A stretch of 64,000 nt of DNA from Lachnospiraceae bacterium (GTDB lineage Bacteria > Bacillota > Clostridia > Lachnospirales > Lachnospiraceae): assembly GCA_022510725.1 (NCBI GenBank), contig JAFLSW010000010.1:5267-69266 (forward strand), given 5' to 3'. Every line of letters begins with the position of its first letter. The first letter of the stretch is position 1. This document shows positions 1 through 12,003 of the stretch, piece by piece. A program made the translations under genes and the position numbers. The notes under the pieces were generated by a model, which ran no database searches, had not been told where the DNA came from, and saw only the letters and a list, made by a program, of their open reading frames with translations.

Positions 1-1027
1 CGATGCCCATGGATTCCAGGGTGGCGCTTACCGTATGCTTATGGGAGGAGCAGGCGCTTCCTGCGGAAACACAGACTCCTTTTTCTTCTAAAGCATGGAG
101 CAGTACCTCGCTTCGGATTCCGGCAATGGATGCGCTGACAATATGAGGGGCCCCCTCTTCATCCTGCGGACCGTTGATATAGATCTGATCCATCTGCCCC
201 AGGCCTTCTATAAAACGCTTTTTCAGTCCATACAGCCTTTTGGTATCTTCATCCAGGTCCCGGTAGATCAGTTCTGCCGCTTTGCCGATCCCGGCCACAC
301 CGGGTACATTTTCCGTGCCGGAACGATAGTTTTTCTGCTGACCGCCCCCAAAGATCATAGGCTGGATCTTTACCTTATCGTCTATATACAAGAATCCCAC
401 GCCCTTGGGTCCGTGAATCTTGTGGCCACTGACGGAGACCATATCGATGTTCCATCTTTTGGGGAAAAGTCTTAACTTGCCAAAGCCCTGTACTGCATCC
501 ACATGGAAAAGGATGCGGGGATCGATCCGTTTGATCAGAGCGCCGATCTCTTCTATGGGCTGAATGGTACCCACCTCGTTGTTGACATACATAACGGATA
601 CCAAAATGGTATCTCTACGAATAGCCCGCTGCACATCCTCCGGATATACCCTGCCCAAAGAATCCACAGGCAGATAGGTGACCTCAAAGCCCTGCTCCTC
701 TAAATGCTCCATGGTCTTTAACACCGCAGGATGTTCGATGCGGGTGGTGATCAAATGCCTTCCCATGCGGGCATTGGCATAAGCCGCTCCCATCAACGCC
801 CAGTTATCCGCCTCCGTTCCCCCGGAGGTATAAAAGATCTCTTTTTCCTGGACCTTTAAAATGCCTGCAATGGTTTTCTTGCTGGCCTTTATATATGATT
901 CGGCTTCCACACCCTTTAAATGCATGCTTGCCGGATTTCCGTATTCTTTTGTCATGATCTCTGCAACCAGACTGGCAACCTCAGGGTAAGCCCTCGTGGT
1001 TGCAGAATTATCCAGATATACTTCCAT
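1..1027 (-). CDS. iscS: Cysteine desulfurase (IscS/NifS family), runs off the left window edge
   Basis: Absent from the ORF track because it is truncated. Manual translation from the ATG at 1027 gives MEVYLDNSATT..., FYTSGGTEADN, SGHKIHGPKG (PLP lysine) and SAGSACSS (catalytic Cys). Confidence 0.9.
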   Translation of the reverse strand, partial: MEVYLDNSATTRAYPEVASLVAEIMTKEYGNPASMHLKGVEAESYIKASKKTIAGILKVQEKEIFYTSGGTEADNWALMGAAYANARMGRHLITTRIEHPAVLKTMEHLEEQGFEVTYLPVDSLGRVYPEDVQRAIRRDTILVSVMYVNNEVGTIQPIEEIGALIKRIDPRILFHVDAVQGFGKLRLFPKRWNIDMVSVSGHKIHGPKGVGFLYIDDKVKIQPMIFGGGQQKNYRSGTENVPGVAGIGKAAELIYRDLDEDTKRLYGLKKRFIEGLGQMDQIYINGPQDEEGAPHIVSASIAGIRSEVLLHALEEKGVCVSAGSACSSHKHTVSATLESMGI

Positions 1028-1120
1028 GATTAACTCCCTTCATAGGTTTCCGATGCATTTTTTCTACCTTATCATATGCAATTCGACACCTTTCTGATAC
1101 CTGCACAAGGCATGCCTGTC

Positions 1121-1861
1121 CTACTTTTCCAAGCAGTACATCAGGATGGAAAGCATGGCCATTCCCGCCGTTTCCGTGCGAAGGATCCGCCTGCCCAGGG
1201 TAATGGGAATAAAGTTTGATTTCTTTGCCGCCTCTACTTCTTTGGGATCAAAGCCGCCTTCCGGTCCGATAAAGATCCCCACCCTTTGTCCCGGTTTTAT
1301 CTTTCCTATGACCTTTCTGGTGGCATCCATATCCTCCGCCAGCTCATAGGGGAGCAGCTTCACATCCAGCTCTTCTGCCAGTTCCAAAGCCTTACCAAAA
1401 TCCATGACGGGCATGACCTGTGGAATCAGCCCCCGCTTACTCTGCTTTGCCGCCGCCTCGCAGATAGCCTGCCAGCGGGCTGTCTTGGACTGCTTCTTTT
1501 TTTCATCCAGCTTTACCACACAGCGGGACATGGCAACAGGGACAATGCAGTAAGCCCCCAGCTCCACCGCCTTCTGGATCACCAGTTCCATCTTGTCCTG
1601 CTTGGGCAGACCCTGAAACAAATACACCTGACAGGGCAGTTCCACAGAGGCCTCTTTGATGAACCGCAGCTCGCATTCAATCTCATCCTCCGAAAAACCA
1701 AGGATCCCAACTCGATACTCCCGTTCCGTTTCTCCGTCGGATAAGGACAACTCGTCTCCCGGCTTCATCCGCAGCACATTTTTAATGTGGTTCACATCCG
1801 TTCCCCGGATATAGATCCGATCTCCCTGAATCTGCTCCGGTTCTATAAAAAAGCGACTCAT
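1121..1861 (-). CDS. rsmE: 16S rRNA m3U1498 methyltransferase RsmE
   Basis: HIKNVLRMKPG, IGPEGGF and LGRRILRTETA motifs. Start moved to the ATG at 1861, which overlaps the prmA stop (ATGA). Confidence 0.93.
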   Translation of the reverse strand: MSRFFIEPEQIQGDRIYIRGTDVNHIKNVLRMKPGDELSLSDGETEREYRVGILGFSEDEIECELRFIKEASVELPCQVYLFQGLPKQDKMELVIQKAVELGAYCIVPVAMSRCVVKLDEKKKQSKTARWQAICEAAAKQSKRGLIPQVMPVMDFGKALELAEELDVKLLPYELAEDMDATRKVIGKIKPGQRVGIFIGPEGGFDPKEVEAAKKSNFIPITLGRRILRTETAGMAMLSILMYCLEK

Positions 1862-2943
1862 ATGCCTCTCCTTGCCGTTACGCTGACCCATTCATTTTGG
1901 TGGGTCACTTCCAACACTTCCATGCCGGCTGCTTTTACCGCGTCCACCACCAGCTGTTCTTTTTCTTTGATGATGCCGGAGGTGATATAAATACCGCCGG
2001 GTTTTAAATGCTTTACTACCACAGGTGTAAGAGGTACCAATACCTCTGCCAGGATATTGGCTGTGATCAGGTCGTATTTTTCATAGCCTGCCCAGTCCTG
2101 CACTTCTTTTTCCGTAATCAGATTGCCGATGATCATATCAAAAGCATGGGAAGCGATGCCGTTCATTTCCAGGTTTTCCTGTACCGCTTCCACTGCACAG
2201 GGATCTAGGTCCGTGCCTGCTGCCTTTTGAATGCCGTAAAGCAGCGCTACGATGGCCAGGATACCGCTGCCCGTTCCCACATCCAGCATGACGGTATCGG
2301 AAGTAATGTATTTCTTTAACTGTTTGATACAAAGCTGGGTTGTCTCATGCATGCCGGTTCCAAAGGCCGTGCCCGGATCGATATGAAGCACCTTCTTATC
2401 CCGATCCTCCGGCTTGACCTCCTCCCAGGAAGGGGTGATCAACAGGTCATCAATATAAAACTGATGAAAAAACTCCTTCCAGTTATTCATCCAGTCCTTG
2501 TCTTCCGTTTCGGAAAGAGTGATGCTGCCTTCTCCGATATCCATGAATCGGCGCATGCTCTCCAGCTTTTCTTCCACTGCCTTTATCAGAGCATCCATAT
2601 CGACAGGTTGTCCCGTGCTAACCAATGAGTAAGAATTGTCTGCAGCCTCATCCAGTCCGGGTTTCAGAGCTCCTGCCTTTGAGCCTTCTATAGCCTGTCC
2701 GCTTTTATTTGTAGTCAAACCCCCGTCCTCTTCCGGCACCTCCACAAAAAAGCTGACATAGGCAATGCCGTCATCCACCGGTGCGTCCGGCAGAATATCT
2801 ACAAACATCTGCTCTTTTTCCCACGCAGTCAAAGGAACGGAATCTTCGATCACCGCTCCTTCCAATCCGATATCATATAACTCGGAGATTAGAATATCCT
2901 CCGCCTCCGTTACTGTTTTTACAGTCAGTTTTTTCCACTTCAT
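1858..2943 (-). CDS. prmA: Ribosomal protein L11 methyltransferase PrmA
   Basis: IDPGTAFGTGMHETT, LDVGTGSGIL and ANILAEV motifs; sits upstream of rsmE as usual. Confidence 0.93.
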   Translation of the reverse strand: MKWKKLTVKTVTEAEDILISELYDIGLEGAVIEDSVPLTAWEKEQMFVDILPDAPVDDGIAYVSFFVEVPEEDGGLTTNKSGQAIEGSKAGALKPGLDEAADNSYSLVSTGQPVDMDALIKAVEEKLESMRRFMDIGEGSITLSETEDKDWMNNWKEFFHQFYIDDLLITPSWEEVKPEDRDKKVLHIDPGTAFGTGMHETTQLCIKQLKKYITSDTVMLDVGTGSGILAIVALLYGIQKAAGTDLDPCAVEAVQENLEMNGIASHAFDMIIGNLITEKEVQDWAGYEKYDLITANILAEVLVPLTPVVVKHLKPGGIYITSGIIKEKEQLVVDAVKAAGMEVLEVTHQNEWVSVTARRGI

Positions 2944-3002
2944 TACTTTTCTGTCCTAACTTGTTCTTGCAAGGTATATCATTTCATTTTACCGCATCAA
3001 AT

Positions 3003-4265
3003 TCACTGCATTCGAAGGGCCACAGACATTTCATGGGCTGCCAGGCCTTCCGTATGTGCCATGGTCATACAGGTATCCGACAGGTTCCGCAAGCCCTCTT
3101 TGGTGATATGCTGTACAAAGGAGGTCTTTAAGAAGGTGCCTACCCATACACCGTTTGCAAATCTGGCGTTTTTCATGGTAGGAAGAGTATGATTGGTGCC
3201 GGAGCAATAGTCTCCCAAGGCAACCGGCGCATCCTCTCCGATAAATAAGGAGCCAAACTGATACAGCTTCTTGCTGTATTCCACCGGATCCTTGGTATGC
3301 ACTTCCAAATGCTCCGGTGCCGCTTCATTGGCGATCTGAGCCATTTCATCCATGCTGTCTGCAATAATAATGGTGCCGTTATGTTCAAAGCTGTCCATAG
3401 CCGCTTCTCCCGTAGGAAGGTCCTTAGCCAGTCTTTCCATTTCGGATAAAATCTGCTCCACCTTGCTCTCATCTGTGGTCACCAGAATGGATTTTGCAAA
3501 AGCGTCATGCTCACTTTGGGCCAGCAAGTCAATTGCAATGTAGGTAGGATTGGCACTTTCGTCCGCCGCGATCAAAACCTCGCTGGGTCCTGCCAGGGAA
3601 TCAATACCCACAGTGCCCATGACCTGTCTCTTTGCTTCCGTTACATAGCGGTTACCGGGGCCGGCAATGAGATCCACCTTGGGGATCGTTTCCGTACCAT
3701 ATGCCATGGCAGCCACCGCCTGTGCGCCGCCTACGGTATAGATCTTGTCCGCTCCTGCTATATCCATTGCCACCAAAGTTGCCGGATGGATGGTTCCGAA
3801 TTCTTTATTTGCGGGAGAACATACCACTACCTCTTTTACCCCTGCGATCTTGGCAGGAAGAATCAGCATCAACGCCGTGCTGGGCAGAGGGAATCTGCCT
3901 CCGGGCACATAAAGTCCCGCTCTGTCAACAGGGATCAGTCTATGTCCCAATTCCACGCCTGCTACCGGGCTTTGCACCTGCAACGGTTTCATGCAGGCAA
4001 GCTGCTCTTTGGCATAAAAAGAAATCTGTTCTGCTGCCTTTTTAAAGCTTTCCACCACATGGGCATCTACCAGCTCATATGCCTTTTCTATGTCTTTTCG
4101 GGAAACCTGAATCTTTTCCAATTCCGTTTTGTCAAACTGTATGGAAAGATCCTTTAAGGCCTGATCTTTTTCCTGTCTGACCTTTAAGATAATATCTGCT
4201 ACCGCTTTGGTAGCCTGGGCATCCCGCACTTCTTTTTCTTCTTTTACTGTTTTGTAGTATTTCAT
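3003..4265 (-). CDS. hisD: Histidinol dehydrogenase family protein (orphan, outside a his operon)
   Basis: YVPGG, GPGNRYV, AGPSEV, QSEH, APEHL, GDY, NHTLPT and terminal H motifs of the HisD family. Confidence 0.8.
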   Translation of the reverse strand: MKYYKTVKEEKEVRDAQATKAVADIILKVRQEKDQALKDLSIQFDKTELEKIQVSRKDIEKAYELVDAHVVESFKKAAEQISFYAKEQLACMKPLQVQSPVAGVELGHRLIPVDRAGLYVPGGRFPLPSTALMLILPAKIAGVKEVVVCSPANKEFGTIHPATLVAMDIAGADKIYTVGGAQAVAAMAYGTETIPKVDLIAGPGNRYVTEAKRQVMGTVGIDSLAGPSEVLIAADESANPTYIAIDLLAQSEHDAFAKSILVTTDESKVEQILSEMERLAKDLPTGEAAMDSFEHNGTIIIADSMDEMAQIANEAAPEHLEVHTKDPVEYSKKLYQFGSLFIGEDAPVALGDYCSGTNHTLPTMKNARFANGVWVGTFLKTSFVQHITKEGLRNLSDTCMTMAHTEGLAAHEMSVALRMQ

Positions 4266-4368
4266 AATGTTGTCCTTTCAAAACTTAAACATACCTATGC
4301 CTATTGTATCAGCAGATGGCACAATAGTCAAAAGCATAATCGGTCCATTGTTCGGGCATACTTTTTCT

Positions 4369-4902
4369 ATGAAAAACAGACGGATTTTTTCTCTATTGAT
4401 ATTTTTCTTTTTTGTGGCTTCTCTGGCAGGCTATATCTGGGAAGTGCTTTTGACATTCGTCCTTCGGGGAGAATGGTACAACCGGGGATTTCTTTATGGC
4501 CCCTGGCTTCCCGTATACGGCTTCGGGGCTTTGCTTTTTACATTGCTGTTAAGCTCTTACCGTTCCCATCCCGTATGGCTCTTTTTCTTGTCAGCGATTT
4601 TGGGAAGCTTTTTGGAGCTGGTTACCGGACTGGCACTGTCCAATTATTTTCATATGCGCTACTGGGATTACTCATCCCTCCCCATGGATCTGATGGGCTA
4701 TATCAGCCTCTTGCCTTTTTTAGGCTTCGGTCTGGCAGGACTTGTGTGGATCCGCTATATCGCCCCTTTCCTGACAAAGCTTTGGAACCGCTTTTCCTCC
4801 ATCAGCCACAAACTGTTTTTATTTCTTTTTCTTGGGATCTTTCTTTTGGATTATATTGTCTCTATGATTGTTCCCAATTCAGGCAGAGGCATTACATTTT
4901 AA
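4369..4902 (+). CDS. Putative ABC transporter permease-like membrane protein (CmpB/DUF1113-like)
   Basis: Multiple hydrophobic helices with the NRGFLYGPWLPVYGFG and YWDYS motifs. The ATG at 4369 was chosen over the upstream TTG. Confidence 0.65.
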   Translation: MKNRRIFSLLIFFFFVASLAGYIWEVLLTFVLRGEWYNRGFLYGPWLPVYGFGALLFTLLLSSYRSHPVWLFFLSAILGSFLELVTGLALSNYFHMRYWDYSSLPMDLMGYISLLPFLGFGLAGLVWIRYIAPFLTKLWNRFSSISHKLFLFLFLGIFLLDYIVSMIVPNSGRGITF

Positions 4903-4932
4903 AAAGCAGCCATTTAGGGAATGGCTGCTTTT
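4902..4932. terminator. Bidirectional intrinsic terminator
   Basis: AAAAGCAGCCATT-5nt-AATGGCTGCTTTT between convergent genes. Confidence 0.8.
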
Positions 4933-4952
4933 CTTATGGGTATCACCCGATC

Positions 4953-6110
4953 TTATTTAAAAAATCCTTTTTTCTTTTTATCCTTGCCGTCTCCGTTTTT
5001 CTTTTCCGTGGAGTTCTTTACCGCTTCCAAAGAATTCCCCGTCTCCTGATCAAACTTGCGAAGCAGCTCCTTTGCTTCCGAGGAAAGCTTGGTAGGTGTC
5101 TCTACTACCAGCGTAACATAGTGATCGCCTCGCACATCTTTATTGCGAAGGGTAGGAACGCCTTTTCCCTTCAAACGGACCTTGGTATCCGTCTGGGTTC
5201 CTGCTTTTACATCATATGCCACTCTGCCGTCAATGGTATCGATCAGCACCTCTCCGCCCAATGCCGCAACGGCAAAGGAAATGGGAACAGTGGAGAAAAT
5301 ATTGTAATCCTGACGCTGGAAAATGGAATGTCGCTGCACCAGTACTTCTACCAGCAGATCGCCCCTGGGTCCGCCATTGGTTCCCGGCTCTCCCTTTTCT
5401 CTGATACGGATGCTCTGCCCCGCATCAATACCTGCAGGAATGGATACTTGAATCTTCTTCCGACCGGGAATAAAACCGCTTCCATGGCAGTCGGGGCATT
5501 TTTCTTTAATGATCTTGCCGGTACCGCCGCAGTCCGGACAAGTCTGCACATTGCGGACCGTTCCGAAAAAGGACTGACTGGTAAACACCACCTGGCCTTT
5601 GCCGCCGCACTTAGAACAAGTCTCTTTGGTAGTGCCGGGCTTCGCGCCCGTTCCCCGACAGGTCTTACACTCATCCTTTAAGGTCAGCTCAATTTCTTTC
5701 TCTACTCCAAAGCATGCTTCCTCAAAAGTAACATGTACGCTTGTGCGGATATTGGAGCCCTTCATGGGGCCGTTGTGAGCACGCCTGCTGCCGCCCCCAA
5801 ACATGCCGCCGAACAGATCTCCAAAGATATCCGCAAAATCCATGCTGCCAAAATCAAAGCCACCGGCTCCTCCCGGTCCGTCGAAGGCTGCATGACCATA
5901 CTGATCGTATTGTCGACGCTTCTCCGGATCGCTGAGGATCGCATATGCCTCGGAGGCTTCTTTAAATTTCTTTTCCGCCTCTTCATCTCCCGGGTTCATA
6001 TCGGGATGATATTTTTTGGCAAGGACACGATATGCTTTTTTGATTGCGGCATCATCCGCATTTTTTTCTACACCGAGAACTTCATAATAGTCTCTTTTTT
6101 GTTCTGCCAT
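4953..6110 (-). CDS. dnaJ: Chaperone DnaJ
   Basis: J-domain HPD motif, G/F-rich region and four CxxCxGxG zinc repeats. Confidence 0.97.
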   Translation of the reverse strand: MAEQKRDYYEVLGVEKNADDAAIKKAYRVLAKKYHPDMNPGDEEAEKKFKEASEAYAILSDPEKRRQYDQYGHAAFDGPGGAGGFDFGSMDFADIFGDLFGGMFGGGSRRAHNGPMKGSNIRTSVHVTFEEACFGVEKEIELTLKDECKTCRGTGAKPGTTKETCSKCGGKGQVVFTSQSFFGTVRNVQTCPDCGGTGKIIKEKCPDCHGSGFIPGRKKIQVSIPAGIDAGQSIRIREKGEPGTNGGPRGDLLVEVLVQRHSIFQRQDYNIFSTVPISFAVAALGGEVLIDTIDGRVAYDVKAGTQTDTKVRLKGKGVPTLRNKDVRGDHYVTLVVETPTKLSSEAKELLRKFDQETGNSLEAVKNSTEKKNGDGKDKKKKGFFK

Positions 6111-6144
6111 AGCCGTTCACCTGATCTAAAATCCGTTTTTGATC

Positions 6145-8055
<1,911 letters not shown>

Positions 8056-8069
8056 TTAATTTGATCTGT

Positions 8070-8684
8070 TTACTGTACTACGCCTACCATGCTGTGGCGG
8101 ACCACCGCATCCCGATAGGTATAACCTTTTTGCAATTCGCTTGCTATGATACCGGACTCATATTCCTCGGACTCTACCTGCATTACCGCATTGTGCAGGT
8201 CGGGATCGAATTCCTCTCCCACCGCGGGAATGACCTTTACTCCCAGGTTCTCAAACTCCGTCATCATCTGCTTATATACCTTGTTCATTCCGTCCACAAA
8301 AGGGCTGTCCTTTTCTTCTTCCGGAACGCTGGCAAGACCTCTTTCAAAATTGTCGATAACGGGAAGGATCTTTTCGATCACGCTTTTTGCTCCCGTCTCA
8401 TACATGGCTGCTTTTTCTCTTTCGGTCCTGTTGCGGAAATTTTCAAATTCTGCAAGCTGTCTTTTTACCTTATCCTCCAGCTCCTCGATCCGCTCCTGAG
8501 CCTTATTCTTCTTTTCCTTTTTGGAAGCCTTCTTTCCCTCCGGCTTTGCTTCTTCCTTTGCCGGGGCTTCTTTTTTCTCTTCGCTTTTTGCCTTCTCTTC
8601 GGTCTTTGCTTCTTCCTCAGAACCTTCCATGGTTTCTTTCATGTCTTCTGCGCTTTCCTGCACTTCTTTTTCCTGATCCGGCAT
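8070..8684 (-). CDS. grpE: Nucleotide exchange factor GrpE
   Basis: AEFENFRNR, FDPDLHNAV and LQKGY motifs; operon position. Confidence 0.95.
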   Translation of the reverse strand: MPDQEKEVQESAEDMKETMEGSEEEAKTEEKAKSEEKKEAPAKEEAKPEGKKASKKEKKNKAQERIEELEDKVKRQLAEFENFRNRTEREKAAMYETGAKSVIEKILPVIDNFERGLASVPEEEKDSPFVDGMNKVYKQMMTEFENLGVKVIPAVGEEFDPDLHNAVMQVESEEYESGIIASELQKGYTYRDAVVRHSMVGVVQ

Positions 8685-8705
8685 GATTTCATCCCTTTCT
8701 GTTTT

Positions 8706-9758
8706 CTATGATTTATTTCCATATAGATCATCCAACTGTTTCATAACGGTCTGCAAAGTACCTACCACCTTTTCATAGTCCATACGCTTGGGGCCAATGA
8801 TACCGATGGTACCCTTCATGCCTTCTCCCAGTTCGTAGGTGGCGGTTACCACACTGCAATCTTTCATGGAAGAAACCGGCGTTTCGTCTCCGATATAAAC
8901 CTGGATGCCCGTATTATCCTCTTTTGCCAGGGTGTCCTGTACAAGAGTGGTCAACAGCTGTTTTTCTTCAAAGGTGCTGATGATCTCACTGGCTTTCTGC
9001 TGATCTGCAAGCTCGGGATATTTGAAAATGTTGTTGGCTCCCGAGGTGTAGATCTCCAGATCGTCATCCGCCTTAATGGATTCTGCCACCGCATCAACAA
9101 CCTCGCCTACGATGTCACTGTGAATGCCCGCCTGCTGCTTCAGTCTTGCTACCAGCCCCAGATTGATCTCTTCAATAGGCAGCCCATTTAAATGGGTGTT
9201 CAATAACACATTCAGCTTCAATATGGTTTCATCATCCAAAGGTTCGGATGTGGTGATCATATTGTTTTTTAAAATGTTGCCCTCCAGCACGATCACGGCA
9301 ATCAATTGAGTTGCCTCCACTCTGGAAAGCTGAATGAATTTTAACCTGCTGCCACTGTAGCTGGGTGCGGAGATCATGGATGCGTAGTTGGTATTCACCG
9401 CCAGGGTTCTTGCCATCTGCTTTAACAGCTGATCCATCTTCTCCTCTTTTTCCAGCAGGATGCCTTTTAACTCCTCTACCTCTTTGGACTTTTCTGCAAC
9501 AGCACTGTTCATCTGCTCCATCATGGTGTCCACATATAAGCGGTAGCCCTTATCAGAAGGAATCCGTCCTGCGGAGGTGTGGGGCTGAAGGATGTATCCC
9601 ATCTCCTCCAGATCGGCCATTTCATTCCGAATGGTAGCAGAACTTAAATTCAGGTCGGTGTACTTGGAAATGGTACGGCTTCCTACCGGTTCGCCGGTCT
9701 CCAAATAATTTTTGATGACCGCCTGCAAAATTTTCATTTTTCTCTCATCCAGTTCCAC
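8706..9758 (-). CDS. hrcA: Heat-inducible transcription repressor HrcA
   Basis: EPVGSRT, SSATIRNEMADLE and PHTSAGRIP motifs. A GTG start at 9758 behind GGAAGTGAGG is likely. Confidence 0.95.
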   Translation of the reverse strand: MELDERKMKILQAVIKNYLETGEPVGSRTISKYTDLNLSSATIRNEMADLEEMGYILQPHTSAGRIPSDKGYRLYVDTMMEQMNSAVAEKSKEVEELKGILLEKEEKMDQLLKQMARTLAVNTNYASMISAPSYSGSRLKFIQLSRVEATQLIAVIVLEGNILKNNMITTSEPLDDETILKLNVLLNTHLNGLPIEEINLGLVARLKQQAGIHSDIVGEVVDAVAESIKADDDLEIYTSGANNIFKYPELADQQKASEIISTFEEKQLLTTLVQDTLAKEDNTGIQVYIGDETPVSSMKDCSVVTATYELGEGMKGTIGIIGPKRMDYEKVVGTLQTVMKQLDDLYGNKS

Positions 9759-9832
9759 GACCTCACTTCCTTTCTCAAGGACCGTTTCTGTCTGCATCCG
9801 TTCCATTCGTTATTGCGGTTTGGCTTTATTTG

Positions 9833-9859
9833 TTAGCACTCATTTAAATAGAGTGCTAA
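9833..9859. promoter_or_regulatory. CIRCE operator (HrcA site)
   Basis: Perfect TTAGCACTC-N9-GAGTGCTAA upstream of hrcA. Confidence 0.97.
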
Positions 9860-9875
9860 TATTCTTACAGTACCT

Positions 9876-9904
9876 AACATATCACTACCTTTTTCTATTG
9901 TCAA
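9876..9904 (-). promoter_or_regulatory. SigA promoter of the hrcA operon
   Basis: TTGACA-17 nt-TATGTT with an extended TG, just upstream of CIRCE. Confidence 0.8.
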
Positions 9905-9937
9905 CAACTTAAAAGGAAATATTTATTAAAAAAAAAT

Positions 9938-9959
9938 AAACGGAAGGTTTTTTCCGTTT
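9938..9959 (-). terminator. Intrinsic terminator after the hydrolase gene
   Basis: AAACGGAA-6nt-TTCCGTTT with an adjacent A run (U tract on the minus strand). Confidence 0.65.
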
Positions 9960-10761
9960 ATTTTAGGAAACTTTTCATCCTCTTATGAAAATCTTTTGCC
10001 TCTTCATACAATCCATGTCCCAGACCTTCATATATAAATAATTCACTGCCCGGAATTTTCTCCGCTATTTCAATAGAAGCATTTCCGGTAACGATCTTAT
10101 CATCATCACCGCCGACCACCAAAGTGGGACATGTGATCTTTTCCAATTCATCATAAGCATTGTGTCCAATACAAGCCTTTGCCTGTATGAGAAATCGATC
10201 AAAGCTTTCAGGCTTTCCTACCTTTCCCAATATAGAATAAAAGGGACGATATTTTTTCAGATACTTTTCCGAATAGGATTTTTCCGCCGTATCGATCATG
10301 ATGCTTTTATAGTCATCTTGTTTGGCAAATCCCATCCAACGATCAATAACATTTTTCACCGTATCATTTTGTTTGGACAGGGTAACGGTCAAGATCAGTT
10401 TTTCCACCAGATCGGGATGATCAATGGCAAGATACTGCGCAACCATTCCGCCTTGGGAAACTCCCCAGATCATGGCTTTCGAAATGCCCAGCTTTCTCAT
10501 TGCTTCCGCCTGGTCTTTTGCCATATCCCTTGTGGAATAGCCCTCTTCCAAATGATTTTTTCTGCTGAACATATATACCTTATAATCCCGTGCATACATC
10601 CGATATGTAAAAGCCATTATGTTAGCCATGCCTCTTACCGTGGTCAGACCGTCACCCAATCCGGGAATCATGATCAAGGCAGTGCTTCCTTTTCCAAAAG
10701 TGATATAATCCATATCTGTATTACCGATGTTGACACATCCATTCTTTGCGTTCCAAAACAC
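9958..10761 (-). CDS. Alpha/beta fold hydrolase
   Basis: GVSQGG nucleophile elbow, D in DDKIV and H in GLGHG. Confidence 0.85.
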   Translation of the reverse strand: MFWNAKNGCVNIGNTDMDYITFGKGSTALIMIPGLGDGLTTVRGMANIMAFTYRMYARDYKVYMFSRKNHLEEGYSTRDMAKDQAEAMRKLGISKAMIWGVSQGGMVAQYLAIDHPDLVEKLILTVTLSKQNDTVKNVIDRWMGFAKQDDYKSIMIDTAEKSYSEKYLKKYRPFYSILGKVGKPESFDRFLIQAKACIGHNAYDELEKITCPTLVVGGDDDKIVTGNASIEIAEKIPGSELFIYEGLGHGLYEEAKDFHKRMKSFLK

Positions 10762-10811
10762 GATAGCTGTCTCCCTTTATATAAAAATCAACTTTTTCAA
10801 TACTATATTGA

Positions 10812-11249
10812 TTAACCAAAAAACATGAGTATCAGCAATGTTCCAAGTCCGGTCCCACAGATCAGTCCCAATATACAGGTAGCCACCGCAAAGCGGTCAA
10901 ATACCTTCCCCAGTTTTTTATTGAAAAGAACATGATAGGTTTTATCCGTCCGATACAATTTCTTTCGAAAAATTCCCTCCTCCGGAAACAGGCAGGGAAT
11001 CTCTTCCCCATCCACCAGATAATAGGCTACTTTAAACTCAACTTTCTCCGATGGAGATTCCATCCGCAAAAACTTGGCTTCCTTCCACTTTGACATCAAC
11101 AGCAATACTGAACAGATTAAAAAAGTGAGCACCAATACTCCGGAGATGAGCAATAGAAAACCAAACATGCCAAAGAAAACATACCCCACATTTCCTGTCA
11201 GTACGCATACGAAGATTGCAATTGCGATCAGAACAAATACATATTCCAT
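10812..11249 (-). CDS. Hypothetical membrane protein
   Basis: Hydrophobic N- and C-terminal segments; GAGGAAGAG RBS. Confidence 0.65.
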   Translation of the reverse strand: MEYVFVLIAIAIFVCVLTGNVGYVFFGMFGFLLLISGVLVLTFLICSVLLLMSKWKEAKFLRMESPSEKVEFKVAYYLVDGEEIPCLFPEEGIFRKKLYRTDKTYHVLFNKKLGKVFDRFAVATCILGLICGTGLGTLLILMFFG

Positions 11250-11348
11250 AACCCACTCTTCCTCTCTGCCATAAATATTGGTTTAAAAAACCACCGCGAA
11301 AATATTCCACGGTGGTTTCATTTCTACTCATTTTCAAATATGTAATGA

Positions 11349-11861
11349 TTAGATTGCAAAGCTTCCTGTCGTTTCTCCGTTGATCACATAGTATGCACGA
11401 TTCTCTTCCGGTTTTACATACAGTTCGATATTCTTGAAATCTGCAGCTTTCTGCTTCAGGTCATATTTCCATACATCCTTTGCGATCTTGATCAGGTCTG
11501 CCTCTGTATAAGATTTACCTGAAAACTGAAGATTTACGGTAGCCTTAACAGCGCTCTTAGCTGTTGTCTTCTTTGCTGCTGTCTTCTTAGCCGGTGCTTT
11601 CTTGGTAGCTGTCTTTGCTGCTGTTGTCTTCTTTGCTGCTGCTTCTTTCTTAGCAGGAGCCTTCTTTGCTGCTGTCGCTTTTTTAGCTGTTGTCTTTTTT
11701 GCAGGAGCTTTCTTTGCAGGAGCTTTCTTTTCTGCTGTTTCTGCTTTAACAGGTGCTGCTTCTTTTACCTCTGTCTTAACTGCACCTGCTGCTTTTGCTT
11801 CTGCTACTGCTTTTGCTGCGGGCTTGGCTGTAACTACAGCTTTTTCTTTTAAATCTGCCAT
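11349..11861 (-). CDS. Lys/Ala-rich histone-H1-like protein with a conserved C-terminal domain (DUF6465-like)
   Basis: KKAPAKK/KKTTAKK repeats followed by the ELYVKPEENRAYYVIN motif; GGAGG RBS. Confidence 0.75.
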   Translation of the reverse strand: MADLKEKAVVTAKPAAKAVAEAKAAGAVKTEVKEAAPVKAETAEKKAPAKKAPAKKTTAKKATAAKKAPAKKEAAAKKTTAAKTATKKAPAKKTAAKKTTAKSAVKATVNLQFSGKSYTEADLIKIAKDVWKYDLKQKAADFKNIELYVKPEENRAYYVINGETTGSFAI

Positions 11862-12003
11862 GTTTTCCTCCTTTTCACATACTTAAATGTGTCTGTTATA
11901 GCATGTATGATTATTTTAATAACCAAATATATATTTTCTCTTGTTTTTGAGTGTACTCCAAAAACAGGAGATTGTCAAATTTTCTTATCTTTTATAAGAC
12001 ACT

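Noticed and set aside
11560-11790. Repetitive DNA resembling an array
   Set aside because: These are coding repeats for KKAPAKK/KKTTAKK, with no constant repeat-spacer structure. No CRISPR array was found anywhere in the window.
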